This document shows, one piece after another, positions 51,126 to 64,000 of a stretch of 64,000 nucleotides of DNA. Under the pieces are notes generated by a model. It did no database searches and was not told the origin of the DNA. It saw only the letters and a list, made by a program, of their open reading frames with translations. Origin of the DNA: Octopus bimaculoides (lineage: Eukaryota); contig NC_068988.1 in NCBI RefSeq assembly GCF_001194135.2, forward strand, positions 10,888,019-10,952,018, given 5' to 3'. A program made the translations under genes and the position numbers. Positions within the stretch are counted from its first letter, which is position 1, and each line of letters begins with the position of its first letter.

Positions 51126-51790
51126 TATATATATATATGTGTGTGTGTATGTGTGTGTGTGTGTGTGTACGTGTGTGTGTGTGTGTGTATATATATTTGT
51201 ATATATATATATATATATATATGTGTATGTGTATGTGTGTGTGTATGTANNNNNNNNNNNNNNNNNNNNNNNNNNNNNNNNNNNNNNNNNNNNNNNNNNN
51301 NNNNNNNNNNNNNNNNNNNNNNNNNNNNNNNNNNNNNNNNNNNNNNNNNNNNNNNNNNNNNNNNNNNNNTATATATATGCGTATGTGTGTGGGGGCATTT
51401 GTGAATGAATAGTAATATCTCATATCTGATATGCATTCAGAATAATTGCTGTTTCAAATTTTAAATGGTATATCTTGGAGCGGATATAGAATTGTCTAAG
51501 GAAATATAAAGTGTACGTAATAGAAACTAAACTAGTTAATGCATTGGAACACGAAGTTTAAATAGGATCGTTTTCCGCAATGAAGTTAGGGATATTCATT
51601 AAATTCTCAATTACTGCAAATAGGAAAGCCATCAGCATGTTAGTCATAATTTAGTAAATGTACTACAGTACACCTGACGTCTTTACAGTATTTGTTAGCA
51701 CGAACAATCGTGGTGTATATTTGCAGTCAAATAATGATTTTATGTATTTATTTACTTCGTATGTATATATATATATATCTATATATATAT

Positions 51791-51829
<39 letters not shown>

Positions 51830-52949
51830 CGTGTGCGTGTGCGTGTGTGTGTATGTGTGTGAGTGTGTGTTTGTGTACTCATTTCTGTAAGTTACGTTAA
51901 TTTTCTTGGGAATGTATATCTACAATCCGAAGAAATAATCACACGAAAAGTTTGGCGATGATATGTCTCAATAATTTTATTCCAGTTGCCTTTATATATT
52001 CATGTATATAGTACACCACCATATGTTGTACTGAACTCATGGAGGAATCAAGGGAATCTAGGTCTCTGTTACACATTTTAATGCATATTTCAGACACTAT
52101 TATATCATTGTTATAATGTTAAGCTGTCGCATGTCCAAATTTGGCCAAATGCGTTTTTTTTCCAATATTGATTTCTGCTTGTTATAACTGGTTCTTTTGG
52201 TCAAACTATTGTATCTCCAGCTGCTTCAAATTTCAAGATACCGTTTCTGCCAGCTCGCTGATATACATACTCTATCAAACACAAAAATATACCGCACTAC
52301 CATTTAATCATTCATTCCTCCATATCAAAATACTCACACGAATACATTTAAATTAAGCAGGAATATTTTACCACTTACATATCCTAGATAAGCCAGCTTA
52401 ATCACGAATTTAATTTCACTAAGCTCTATAAAGTCCTTCGCACTTTACCGCTTTCGCAAGTTTGCCTCTTTTTTTTTTTCTCCACTTTTTCTCCCCTCTT
52501 CATTATTCTAATGGTCCGATGATGGTTTCACTTAACTCTTCACAAATACTTTCCACTTATTCTCTTTCTCACACTCTATTTCTGCCTTTATATGTTTGTT
52601 CATTTAACATCACTATTAAACGAATTATGATTTCACTTCAGAACGTTTTATTTATAAGCTTTAATTTAATCTTCGACTGGCTCCACGAACGACCATCTTT
52701 TTAGACATCCCTTTTCCTCATTTCCTTGTATCTCAATTATCTTTATTGTTTCATCTCCTTTTTAATGAAGTATAACACTAAAAAAATTCAAATGATTTAT
52801 TGATTCTCCATTCACTGAACTGAGCTTCATTGAGTACTTCTTTACTGTTTTGTTGCTGCTTCAATTTATTCTTGCTTCAGTTCCCAGTTCCCGTGGATCG
52901 TGTACGTTTTATGATTTTTTTATGCATACGGACTTAATAATACACACAT

Positions 52950-53089
52950 ATATCAGGAATAAACAAACGTACAAAATGACTGGACTATATTAAATAAAAG
53001 TAACAGGCGAAATAAATATTTCAGTCGTATAAACTCGATTGTAAATCCGCGCACATCCAAAGTGAGAAACTATTGACAAATTTGAATAT
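52950..53089 (+). repeat. Dispersed direct repeat, copy 1 (about 140 bp)
   Basis: tatcaggaataaacaaacgtacaaaatgactgg...gtcgtataaactcga...tttgaatat, about 90% identical by eye to 55555-55696. Confidence 0.92.
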
Positions 53090-53126
53090 ATTTATATATN
53101 NNNNNNNNNNNNNNNNNNNNNNNNNN

Positions 53127-53160
<34 letters not shown>

Positions 53161-54071
53161 TGGGGAGGTGTATGTTTGCGCGCGCGCGCGTGTGTGTGTG
53201 TGTGTGTGTTCGTGCACGCACGCTTATGGACATGCTTATGAGTAAACAGGTTAGTTTGAACAGAATGAAAACTTTTCGATTCCATGATACTGTAAATAAT
53301 AAATTATTTCTAATGTTGCACGTCACTGTTAATTATGCGACACGATTTTGAGCGACGTCTATTTAGTTCCCCAGCAATGATAAAATACATTAATTCTGTT
53401 TGAGGATGCGAAAACGTAACGCAGGATCTCAAATTTACTTAATCGTTGTCTCACCGACATATACAAACACATATATAGACGTTTATTCAGAGAGAGAGAG
53501 AGAGGAGGAGGAAAATGTATGTGTGTGTGTGTAAGACAGCGAGGGAGTTAAAACAGTGAAGTAGGAATGTCTGTCTGTGTGAATGTGTATTTGTGTTTGT
53601 TGTTATCGTTTAATATACCACTAATATTGATTGGAGTAATTAATTTTCTTTATTTTTCATATAAATTATAAATATGATTTGTAATAGTGGCTTAAATATT
53701 CCTTTTTATAATTCAAAAGATATTTGTTGAAAGTGATGCATTGATAGCACGACAAAAATATTATATTTGATGGCGCACAATAACTTCTTTTGTTAATATT
53801 AATGAATAAGTTTATAGTCAAACACTAATGTAGTTATGCCTTTACACAAACTTATATTCGTACGAACAGTCTTTCATGCATACATACGTACGCACGAACT
53901 TATATAAAACCTAGTGCCAGACAAACAGTAACCGAAAACAAGAGGAATAGAAGAAATTTCAGGAAATAAACATAGGTTACTTTGGAACTTTCAGAATACG
54001 ATATTTTCTTAATCAAATATTTAAGGAGTGTTAAGAATAGAAAAGATATGAAATACAGAGCAGCTGGAATT

Positions 54072-54188
<117 letters not shown>

Positions 54189-55008
54189 TCATTGAGACAT
54201 CAGTTTTCTTGCTGATGATTCTAAGCTGCAAACATTAATATTTGCATTCTTAATTCTTTGTTTTCATCTAGATTTGTTCTTAAGGAAAATCTTACACGTT
54301 GGTTGCTTTCAAGCCATTAAATATATTTGTCCGATGTCCTGCGATCTTTTAACCCATAGAATATATGCAAGTTCTTAGCTAAAAGATTATCAAAATAATC
54401 TCTTTCTGAATGGAGAATTATATTGTTTGTTGTCTAAGTGTTAAGAATGATTTCTCATGGAAACTTTATATAAAACTTTATATTCGTTTTAGCAATTAAT
54501 GTAATTCTTTGATATTTATGCGAACTTTACTTTCTATACAACAGAGTTTCTTCTATATTTTCTGTGCATTCCGGTAGACTTAAATAAGTACTTCTTTTAA
54601 TTCTGTGTTCAAGAATTTCTTTATAAAACATATATTATCTTATATGCCTTAAGACATAATACCAGGAATTTGAAGTATTTTACGTAGATAAGAATTTACA
54701 AGATTAAAAGAAAGACGTTTTGTTTCTCAGCAGTTATATTTTGATATATATTCTTATGGACATAGAATTCGCCTCCCATTTAAGGATCATTCTTTCACGT
54801 TTGTTTTTATATCAACTAATTGGCTTTGTGGGATTAAATTCCCCCAAAATTGTTTGTTACTGAAAAGTAGTTTTATACTTAGGTCAGTGATAATCCCTAG
54901 AATTAATAAAGATGGTGATTAGCCGGTCTCTATAGTGCATAAGTAAACTTAGATTACAACACACCAAACCCCTACATGGCAAATCTGTCCATCGGGGGCT
55001 TATCTTCC

Positions 55009-55223
55009 AATATATTGCTTTCAAATTCTGACAGAAAATTTTTGGAGAGGGGTTAATTCGATTACATAAACACCAGTGCTCACCTGGTACTTATTTTAAC
55101 GATCCCGACAGGAAAATATTAAAGTCGACTTCCGCAGAATTTGAACACAGAATGTAAGAACAGACAAACTGTCACTAAGCATTTTGCCCGGTACAGTAAC
55201 GACTGTGCTAGCGCGCCGCCTTA
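55009..55223 (-). mobile_element. SINE family A
   Basis: ccagtgctcacctggtacttattttaacgatcccgacagg...aaagtcgacttccgcagaatttgaacacagaatgtaag...ctaagcattttgcccgg...gcgccgcctt. Confidence 0.85.
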
Positions 55224-55231
55224 TCTTATAT

Positions 55232-55366
55232 TGCTGGAACGCATTTACAGGTGAGGACCAGAGCAATGTGAATTGATGTATCTTGCCGAAGAACACAAGA
55301 GACCGGGAGTCGAATGCACAATCTTACAATTGTAAGTGCTACACCCTAACCACTAGGCTACACGCC
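55232..55366 (-). mobile_element. SINE family C head, adjacent to a family A copy
   Basis: Minus strand ggcgtgtagcctagtggttagggtgtagcac (A-box)...cattcgactcccgg (B-box)...ttcttcggcaagatacatcaattcacattgctctggtcctcacctg. Confidence 0.78.
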
Positions 55367-55554
55367 AACATTACATTCCACAAGGCAACAAGGCATCAAA
55401 TGTCTTCGCATTGAAATCTTACTGTTACTGCTTCATATCCCCTCAAAGATTTTCAAGCCGCAACCACTAATCTTTGTTCGACATAAATCAGCTTTGTTAG
55501 TTAAAGCTAACGTATGAAAGGCTACAAAAGATAAGAGTAGACTTTTTTTTTCAA

Positions 55555-55696
55555 ATATCAGGAATAAACAAACGTACAAAAATGACTGGATTATAGTAAA
55601 TAAAAGTAACAGGCCAAATAAATATTTTAGTCGTATAAACTCGAGTGTAAATCCGCACACATTCAAAAGTGAGAAATTATTGACAACTTTGAATAT
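55555..55696 (+). repeat. Dispersed direct repeat, copy 2
   Basis: Matches 52950-53089. Confidence 0.92.
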
Positions 55697-56119
55697 GTGT
55701 CATTATATGTACGCGTGTTTAAGCTTGTATTTGGGCCCGCGAATTTCTTTTTCATGTCAACAGACAAATTTTCCTTTGCTTCATGTCTTGGAAATATAAA
55801 CTAATCAGGCATCTGAGATTGTTAATGTGTTTAGTTTTAAAATTGCTATAAACTTGAGGAAATTTATACGATTAACTTTGAACGAGACGTCAACCACTTA
55901 AACAGTTCTACTAAGATTTGATTTATATTTTCATAACCTAGTCATTCATAAAGATAATATACATCACATACATATATCTCTAGATTATTTTTTGTTACAT
56001 TTCCAGTAGAGAAACACCACAACAGATAAGGAGATCATTTACCCTAGTTACGAGTCAATAGTTTTTAAGGGACCCTGTATCGACCTCCAACACCTTATAT
56101 CTTTTATCTATTATCTTTT

Positions 56120-56338
56120 AGTTTCTTCAGTCATTTGAAGGGTTTTTAGCCGAAAAAATCAACCCCACAAAAGTTTTATTTTTTTTCTTTTCAGAAATAG
56201 TACCTATTCAATTCGTCTCTTTTGCCGAACCGCTAATTTGCAGGGACATAAACACAGCAACACCGGTTGTCAAGCGATGGTGTGAGGAAAAACACATTCG
56301 CAGACACATAGATGCGCACACACACGTATGTATATACA

Positions 56339-56392
<54 letters not shown>

Positions 56393-56553
56393 GGTGTATG
56401 TGTGCGTGCGACAGATCTTTTTTCTATTATTGTCTATCAAATCCACTGACAAGTCTTTGGTCGAATCGAGGCTATAATAGGTGGCATGCAGTGAGACTGA
56501 ACCCGGAACAATGGGGTTTGGAAGCAAACTTCTTACCACAGAGCCATGCCTGT
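56120..56553 (-). mobile_element. SINE family B, full length, degenerate
   Basis: cagtcatttgaa...ttttgccgaaccgctaa...ccggttgtcaagcgatgg [microsatellite] ...caaatccactgacaag...gactgaacccggaac...ttaccacagagccatgcc. Confidence 0.88.
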
Positions 56554-58336
56554 GTCTACTATGTCTCAAAAGCATCTAAGTAGCATACGCTGTCTAGAGT
56601 ACGGACACATTATAATTGTACTCCTGACAGGAAAATAACGTCTCTGGACAAAGTACACATTATGGAAATATACAGAGAACACAAGAGACAATATGAAACG
56701 TAGCTGATATTATGATATATATCCTTGCCAAAGAGTTAAATGTCTTATCATCCACTTATAAGTTGATGTGCATCTCTTGACTGGGCTTCGCGAAAACCGA
56801 GATCTATGCTACCTGCGAGTGACCTTGGCAGAACGCAGGACTGTTCCGGTTGGCAGCACAATGAGCATATGGATATTATTCGATACTGCAATTACTTAAG
56901 AGTGAGGATTTCTAAAGCTTGTCTATAGACTTTGCAATGAATATCAACCGCAATATCTCTAGAACGCCAACTGACTTTTCTATAAATGAGCATCTGCTAA
57001 AAGAAAGCTTGGGTGTAAGAGCTGACGGCTTTGCCAATGTGTTGCAGACTTGCGAATAACTTAGAATATTCTAGATATATCAGTTCACCAAGAAATAAGG
57101 CTGTCTCAGGAAGACAACACTGGAGATAACCAGGAAATTGAGCAGATTCGAGAGTACGGGAAGATCACTCATCATCATCTTCCACGGTATATACGTCTGT
57201 CTACGTATTGGTAGTTGGTAACGGATGTATTTTCTGTTACTATTGGAAATACGTAATAGCGGAAGTAGTTTGATTAGACAGGAATGTTGACATTTTCGAA
57301 GAAGTAACAAAACAAATAAATAAAAACAAACACTAGCAACTTGAAAAGAAATATGATAAATAATGGTAACTAATAGGTGCAGTGATATCTGTGAAATATT
57401 CCAATATTACCTTTTTCATGTGGAAGGGAATTGCTACTCTGATTTAGACATTATCTCACATCCTATTATTTGATCTGGCGGGTAGTTAATTCCAATCATA
57501 TTATTAAGAGGGCTGTTCGATCATGCTACGACCTTTAGAAAGGTAAGCAGTTTTTTTTGTCCTATGCAATGCAGCCTTTTTACTATTTCTAATCTGCACT
57601 GGACTTACAAAAATAACAATCATGTATATATATCTACCCATATAGTCTAATCAGTGTGCATATGTCGCAGTGGAATTTTGGCTACTATCAGAAAGTTGCA
57701 AGCAAGACAATTTTATTGAAGTCAATCTACAAATAGTGATAAGTGATAATGGTATAATACCTACATTACCAAATGCAGAAAAGCTGCAACGAAACCTGAC
57801 TTGTTAGATCCCACCACCTCTGAATACGTCTATAATGAATAGCATGTAATGAAACTTACGTAACTATATCTCCTGGGAAACGCACAGGACAAAAATTATT
57901 CATACCAATTTCCCTGTATGTAAGTATTTATATTAGCTAATCTGGCCGATTAGACAAAAAAAAATACTCTGATGGTGTCTAATAGACTGAAATATCTGAA
58001 TAAACTGTCAGTGGCTGGAAACAATGATCCGATTTATATGTAAATTATCTTTGCTACATTAATTGTATATTTATCAACATTATCTTCACTTTGTTCTGAG
58101 ATACGGCAACGATTGCCACTGGGTTTATCTTATCACCTATCCTTTAATGAAAAATGGAATTTCAATTAACGGAAAATTTTCTGCGGAAGGCAATGCACCA
58201 CATCAGCACTTCCCATTTTTTTTTTAAGTATTAAATAGTTGAAAAGAATGCATACCATGGTACCGTAGACTGCATGTAGGAAACCTACTACGCACGCAAG
58301 ACTCCAGGAGCTTCAGCAATACCTGTGATAGAGAGA

Positions 58337-58524
<188 letters not shown>

Positions 58525-58950
58525 TGTCCTGGTGCAGTACCGGGCAGTGGATCTCATGGCTTCTGATCTTAACGGATTGGAAGTGCTATTATGTACATTT
58601 TTTGTCTTGGTATAAAAGATTGGCTACAGCAAATATTCTGCTCTACAGATTTCCTTGTCAGTTGTTTGACCATAACCAGTTGAGCATGTCATTTAATGGT
58701 TGACGATATGTGCATCTTTGACCAAGAGCAGAAGTAGTGCGTGGGCATCAAAGCCAGGTTTTGAGAGGAATTCTCTGGGGTTTGATTAATTCACATCTGG
58801 AAACATGAGTGTTTGGTCTATCATCCTTAAACCACTCTTATTCAAAGACCATTTGAGCGATATAGTCCTTTAACAGGGCCCCACCTGCAAGGGCATGCGC
58901 TGTCTATCTTGATATGAGATCACTATGTGACCGATATATGGATGCATATT
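58525..58950. mobile_element. Interspersed repeat of unknown class abutting (AAT)n
   Basis: Recalled resemblance to an abundant octopus repeat that is usually flanked by AAT tracts. There is no second copy in this window, so it cannot be verified here. Confidence 0.35.
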
Positions 58951-59230
58951 GCTGCTTTCTTCTCGGTCTCTCGCTGTTACATCAATAATATTTGTAACTA
59001 CGAAGGAAACATCAGCAGATGTCCATGGTCCGTTATCAGAATGCTCGGCAGTATTTCCTCTGGCGTTTTAGGCACAGCTTCTTAATGCCTAAACAACACC
59101 TTCTAAACATCGCTTTCTGTACTTTTAGCGTTGCTCCTCTAAGGTACCACTCAAATACTGAGATTTCTGTAATTGACAAACATTCTCACCTTAAAATTTC
59201 TGACATTGTGCCCAAAATTTAAAAGATTAT

Positions 59231-59440
59231 AAGGCTGCATGCTAGCAGCTTCCTTAGCTCACGGGAAGAACTGTTGAGTGGCGTGTGGTCCGTCTACACT
59301 TTCCGAGTTCAAATTCCAATGATGCTAACTTTGCCTTTCAGTTTTTGGTGTCGTTCAAAATAAGTAACAAGCACATTCTCTATTCAATATAATTGAATAT
59401 ATATTCCCTGTCGCAATGTTTGAGTCCGTGTGCATATAAA
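59231..59440 (+). mobile_element. SINE family A, old degenerate copy
   Basis: aaggctgcatgctagcag...ccgagttcaaattccaatgatgctaactttgcctttcag...aaataagtaac. Confidence 0.68.
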
Positions 59441-60534
59441 AGAGAAAACTGTTATACCTAGTCTCCTAAATTATATTTTATCCGCATTAGCAAAAGAAAT
59501 ATACTCTTTGCCATCCCATATGAATACTTCAAAGGTTGTATATAATTAAGTGAACCACTTTATCGATTTGTGAAATGCCTCCCGAGCAGCAACCGTATAT
59601 AGCATTATTCTAACCACAACTGTGCAGAATATTCGGCAACTTAAACCGATTTCCCTTGTTCTTTGAGATATGTGACTTCCACTACAACCAACACATGTCA
59701 TCGTAGCAAAATATTTATCATTCTCTTTATAGTCTCATAGTTAGTGCTCTCAATACCTATATCTTTTGAAATGAATTTGTAATTGCTACTTCTTTCTGTG
59801 CTTTGCAATATGTAGCTCAATGTTTGAGGTACGTGTACAACGTGGACAATTTCAAATTTGCCGTGATATTTAAAATTCTTTGAATATTTTTATATTTGAT
59901 TAGCTCTCTTTGAGATTCCAACAAACATTATATCAAACACCTCCTCCTATTAATTCTCTGGTAGCATTTGAAATATAAACAGCGTTGTGATTTATATGAA
60001 ATTTAAGAAGGAACATTAAATATTCAACATTGTTTCTTCTTCACATAATGGCTTTGACGTCTCAAAGATTCAACAATATTTAGATGTTTCAATAGTATTA
60101 TAGAATTGGAAACATAAGTTATATTTCATTAAGTAATCCGGGTAAAAATATAAATACTTCGTTGGAGCTGTGATAGGCATACGTTTGAAGGCACGTTTAC
60201 CCTATGGACGCGAAAGTTTGACTATTATCCTGGGAAACGCAAAAGCGAGAGGCCGCATTATTTTATGTCTGCGGTTTGAACAACAATTGTTTCTGCGAAT
60301 ATGCGAATCGTAAATACAAAATAACGCAGAAGATTCGTTGTCGCATCTTTCAAGGATATAAACAAACATTGATCGTGCGCAAACGGTCTTCCAGCTCAAT
60401 AATAACTCTATTTTTTTTACTATTAGCTCATGGCCAGATATTAAGAGGGAGCTAGATGCTTACATCAATATTTTGTTCAATGGTACTAGTTAACAAATAA
60501 ATTAGTAGCTTACATAGGAGAGTGAGGGGAAAAC

Positions 60535-62290
60535 TTCAAGATTGCCTGAATAGAGGAGCCATGCCTAATTGGCTGACTAGAGGAGGAACAGTAGTCCTTC
60601 TGAAAGAAAATATCAAGGGTAATATGACTAGAAATTATAGACTGATCACTTGCTTACTATTAGTGTGAAAGCTGTTAACAGCAATGCTCTCAGAAAATAT
60701 TTATGAGCAAGTTGACAGCCGAAACGTAGTGCCCGAAGAACAGAAAAGTCAGAGGAAGCTGGCTATTATATTCTTAATGAAGTTAGTTGTACAAGACGTA
60801 AAATCTTGGAAGAAAAATTTAACAATAGCATGGGTAGGTTTTAAGATATCCTATGGCATGGTTCCATATTCATGGGTAAGTGAATGTTTGAGTATATTCA
60901 GTATTGCAGAAGACATAAACAAGTTAATTAGCTTATGGTTAATTAAAGAAACGGAAAGTCGATCTCTACTCAGGTGACACAGCATTATGGAAAGTTATTA
61001 TCAAAAGTAGAATTTTCCAAGTAGATTTGCTATCCATTTTACATATTTATGATTAATCGCCTTTAAATTAGTATTAAAAAGGTCAAAAGCATGGTATCCC
61101 CTTTGAATACAGTATGAAGGTCAAACTTAGGTTATCATGTTAGAGATAGTAAAAGAAAAATTAAACAGTTGCTCTACATAGATGAGCTCGGGCATTTTGT
61201 TAAGAATAAAGAACAGATAGACGTTTTAATAAAATCTGCAAAGACCCCCACATCAAAGATATAGCTATGGAATTTGGCATAGACAAGTGCGCAATATAGA
61301 CAGGCATTCAATTAGCAGATGACCTGACATTAAAATCACGGAGTGAAGGAAAAAGTTATAAGTATCTATGGGCATTAGAGATAAAATTAAAAAGGAGTAT
61401 ATAAAAATGGTTGAGGAATTAAATGAAATCAAATCAATCTGAATAATGTATTTGGGCTGTATTCGTATTTAGATATTTATCCGATTTTTTTTTGACAGGA
61501 CGAAATCCGAATTAGCAAATATATTTATATGACAGAGTTCAGTATAAGTAGAGGACTCCATCCTAGACAATGAGTAGCAACATTGTATTTAACTAGAAAG
61601 GTAGATGGTAAATGTTTCGTGTCAGTAGAAGGCTGTTTGGGATTAGCTGGAGTGATTTAGCCTCATATGCAAGAAACAGTGAAACAAGCTTATTATGAGT
61701 TGCTGGACGAGGAGACAGAGAAACATACAAGCCAAATGCAGATAAAAGAAACCATATGAGAGGTTGTCTAATTGGCAATAGAAGAATGTGCATGAGCATA
61801 TTTACAAAGGTAGTTGTTGTTGCAGAACGGACAGCTGAAAAGGGAAAGATGAACTTTGTTAGGAACAGCACATGCTCAGGCATTGAGGACTAACTGGATA
61901 AAAGCCAAGATAGACAAATTCAGTTAGATTCCCAATGTAGGTTATGTGAATGAAACTAGGATAGTGTTACTCATATAGTTAGTGAATGTAGTACGCCAGC
62001 ACAAACATAGCACTTCAAAGCACTTCAAAGCACTTGTCAACCTGGGGAGAATAAACATCACAGGTATAGAGAAAGGAGCAATGTACCAGGACCAAGACAT
62101 TGATTTACAAATGTTATTGAAATGTTATTGAACAGATGGATAGAGGAAATAAGCATGAAACGTAATTTAGTGCAGTTTCATACGACATTATCATTAGAGA
62201 CAGCGAAGATATTTAGGAAGATTCTTGGTATTTAACGTAAATTGTTGTAGCCCGATGTTAGGAATTGTGTTCCAACAATCTAATCTGTTG
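60535..62290 (+). mobile_element. R4/Dong-clade LINE, degenerate RT plus zinc knuckle plus truncated RLE
   Basis: Motifs across stops and frameshifts: PNWLTRGGTVVL, NYRLITCL, VPEEQK, AWVGFKISYGMVPYSW, LLYIDEL (YMDD equivalent), DIAMEFGIDKCA, YKYL, QALRTNWIKAKID, CRLCE*N*DSVTHIVSEC (CX2CX8HX4C), YDIIIRD, AKIFRKILGI*. Confidence 0.9.
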
Positions 62291-63248
62291 AGTGGAAATG
62301 GAATAAAGACCGAATGTTTTATATTTGGCAAATAAAAACCGCCGGAGTTGGGAAAACATAAAACGTGTTAACAAGTTAAATGAATGGTGTGTATTATTAA
62401 CAAAATAAACCTGAATATATATCATGTATGCACATATAACGGGTGTAGATATATATTTATATATGTGGGGTGCATAAAAAGAACATGTTATTAGAGTACA
62501 AAAGGGAGATACTATTTTTATTTGGTTCAAACTAGACCTGCATTTGATAGCAATCTTCTTATTTTCAATGTTTTAACAAGTATATTGTTGCAACTAAACG
62601 ACATCTTGTATAAGATTGAAAACTATAACCTTTCTTTATATAATTGTGACAAGAACAAAAGAATCGAATATCATAAATCATCTCTTGATCTGTTAGAGAT
62701 ATGTGCTCTGTTTTTTTCTGGACTTTACACGCAGTTTCATCGTGTGAGGAAATAAGAAACGACGAGGGATGTAAACTTATTCAGAATCTTTAAGGGTGCG
62801 AAGGAAGGATACTATCTCCGGAAATTAGATATAGTATGCCAATTCTTCCAAAAGTGTAAATTATACTATAACTCTTCGAAGTTTAAGCGTTAGTGTTAAT
62901 TTGGCGAAGGTTCAGTGTACCATGGCTCTTCCTATGGGTTGCAAACCATCTCCATATACAGCATTCAAATCTAACAACCTTGTTTATCCCGATTTGTGTT
63001 AAGAAATATTTACTGCTGCTACGAACTACAAGGATCGAAATCTAACTCGTGTTGCTAAGAAATCGGTTTCGAAAAGGTCACCTCCGAAGAATCAGTAAAA
63101 ATTTTGAAAGTAAAATGCATCAGTGATGCTTATGTAGTTTCCTAATTTATGTAATGCAAAGGAAACCATTATAAGTTATATTTTCTGTGAGACTCTCTCA
63201 AAGAATGAATTAAGATAGTTGTGAAAACGAAAACCAGTAAATAGTGTG

Positions 63249-63279
<31 letters not shown>

Positions 63280-63958
63280 GTAAGTATGTATATATGTATT
63301 ATGTATGTATGTATGCATGTGTGTATGTATGTATGTATAGCGTTAAAATCTAATGCAATTGTATCCTTTAAAATCTTCCCTGGAGGTTTCGTAATTGAAA
63401 TATTTTACACGGTGACACCTAAATTTACATTTAGAATAGGTTTTACGTGTTTTTTCAACAGCTGTGAATGTAGAAAAATGTCTGCTGCGTAGGATCAGAC
63501 ACTAGTGACGTATTAGAATTAATGGTGTAGATTCTCTTTCATTGTTACTATAAGTTCTCACATCACGTGTTATATTTAATCTCGCTACTAAAACTTTTAG
63601 AATGAAGCACTTTATGGTTCCTGCTGAGTGAGATACTTATAAGATAGTGATAGAAAATTATTGAGTGTATGAATGTCTACGAACAGATATATATTAAAAT
63701 AGTTTCGTGAATGTATAGATACACGCACACACGCTTATAACAAAATCCATATATACATAGAAGCATACATAAAGACATATGCGCCTTTATACATACATGC
63801 ATGTATGGTAAGAAGATGGCTTCAACAAACACATGTGCCTGGTTCATGTTCACCTGTATTCCACATACTGTCACAACATCGGGGCGGCCAAAGCATTGCG
63901 CTGCATTTCGTTGATGGAAGTTGAAAGATGTCCATCGTATATGTACGTCTCGAGATAT

Positions 63959-64000
<42 letters not shown>

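Noticed and set aside
52440-52760. Pyrimidine-rich tracts here and at 36830-37040 as ancient Tx1 C-terminal remnants
   Set aside because: Only vague similarity (KHIKAEIECEKE...FVKS); cannot be separated from low-complexity sequence by eye.
3287-53351. Many long ORFs (200-400 aa) in the ORF track
   Set aside because: They consist of X from N-gaps plus YI/HT/CV/LS dipeptide repeats from microsatellites; no coding signal.
59600-59720. VGCSGSHI (minus) resembling a Harbinger GAIDGTHI motif
   Set aside because: Too short and degenerate; no other transposase motifs or TIRs.
62880-63000. ALPMGCKPSPY resembling a DIRS RT motif (LPFGL..SP)
   Set aside because: A single short motif; no YxDD, RNase H or recombinase remnants found nearby.

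Overview
This is AT-rich, microsatellite-dense eukaryotic scaffold DNA with about 19 N-gaps, nearly all flanked by (TA)n, (CA)n or (CT)n. The SINE families and repeat load point to an octopus (coleoid cephalopod) genome; that is an inference from remembered repeat families, not a database result. No host gene is confidently identifiable, and almost every long ORF in the track is an artefact of N-runs or microsatellites. The window is mostly transposon debris: three tRNA-derived SINE families (about 15 copies); R4/Dong-clade LINE fragments, two of them in tandem between (TAA)n tracts; a well-preserved Tx1/L1-type fragment fused to (GATA)n; CR1-like and RTE fragments; an internally deleted Helitron; two near-full-length dead Tc1/mariner elements (DD37D maT-type and DD41D rosa-type); and Penelope-like terminal repeats with hammerhead-ribozyme-like motifs, one fused to a tRNA-like head. 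Structures not explained by these include twin perfect hairpins sharing an identical 20-nt core (38073-38200), a 266-bp foldback (30217-30482), a 140-bp direct duplication and a few candidate orphan exons. Coordinates of degenerate repeats are approximate.
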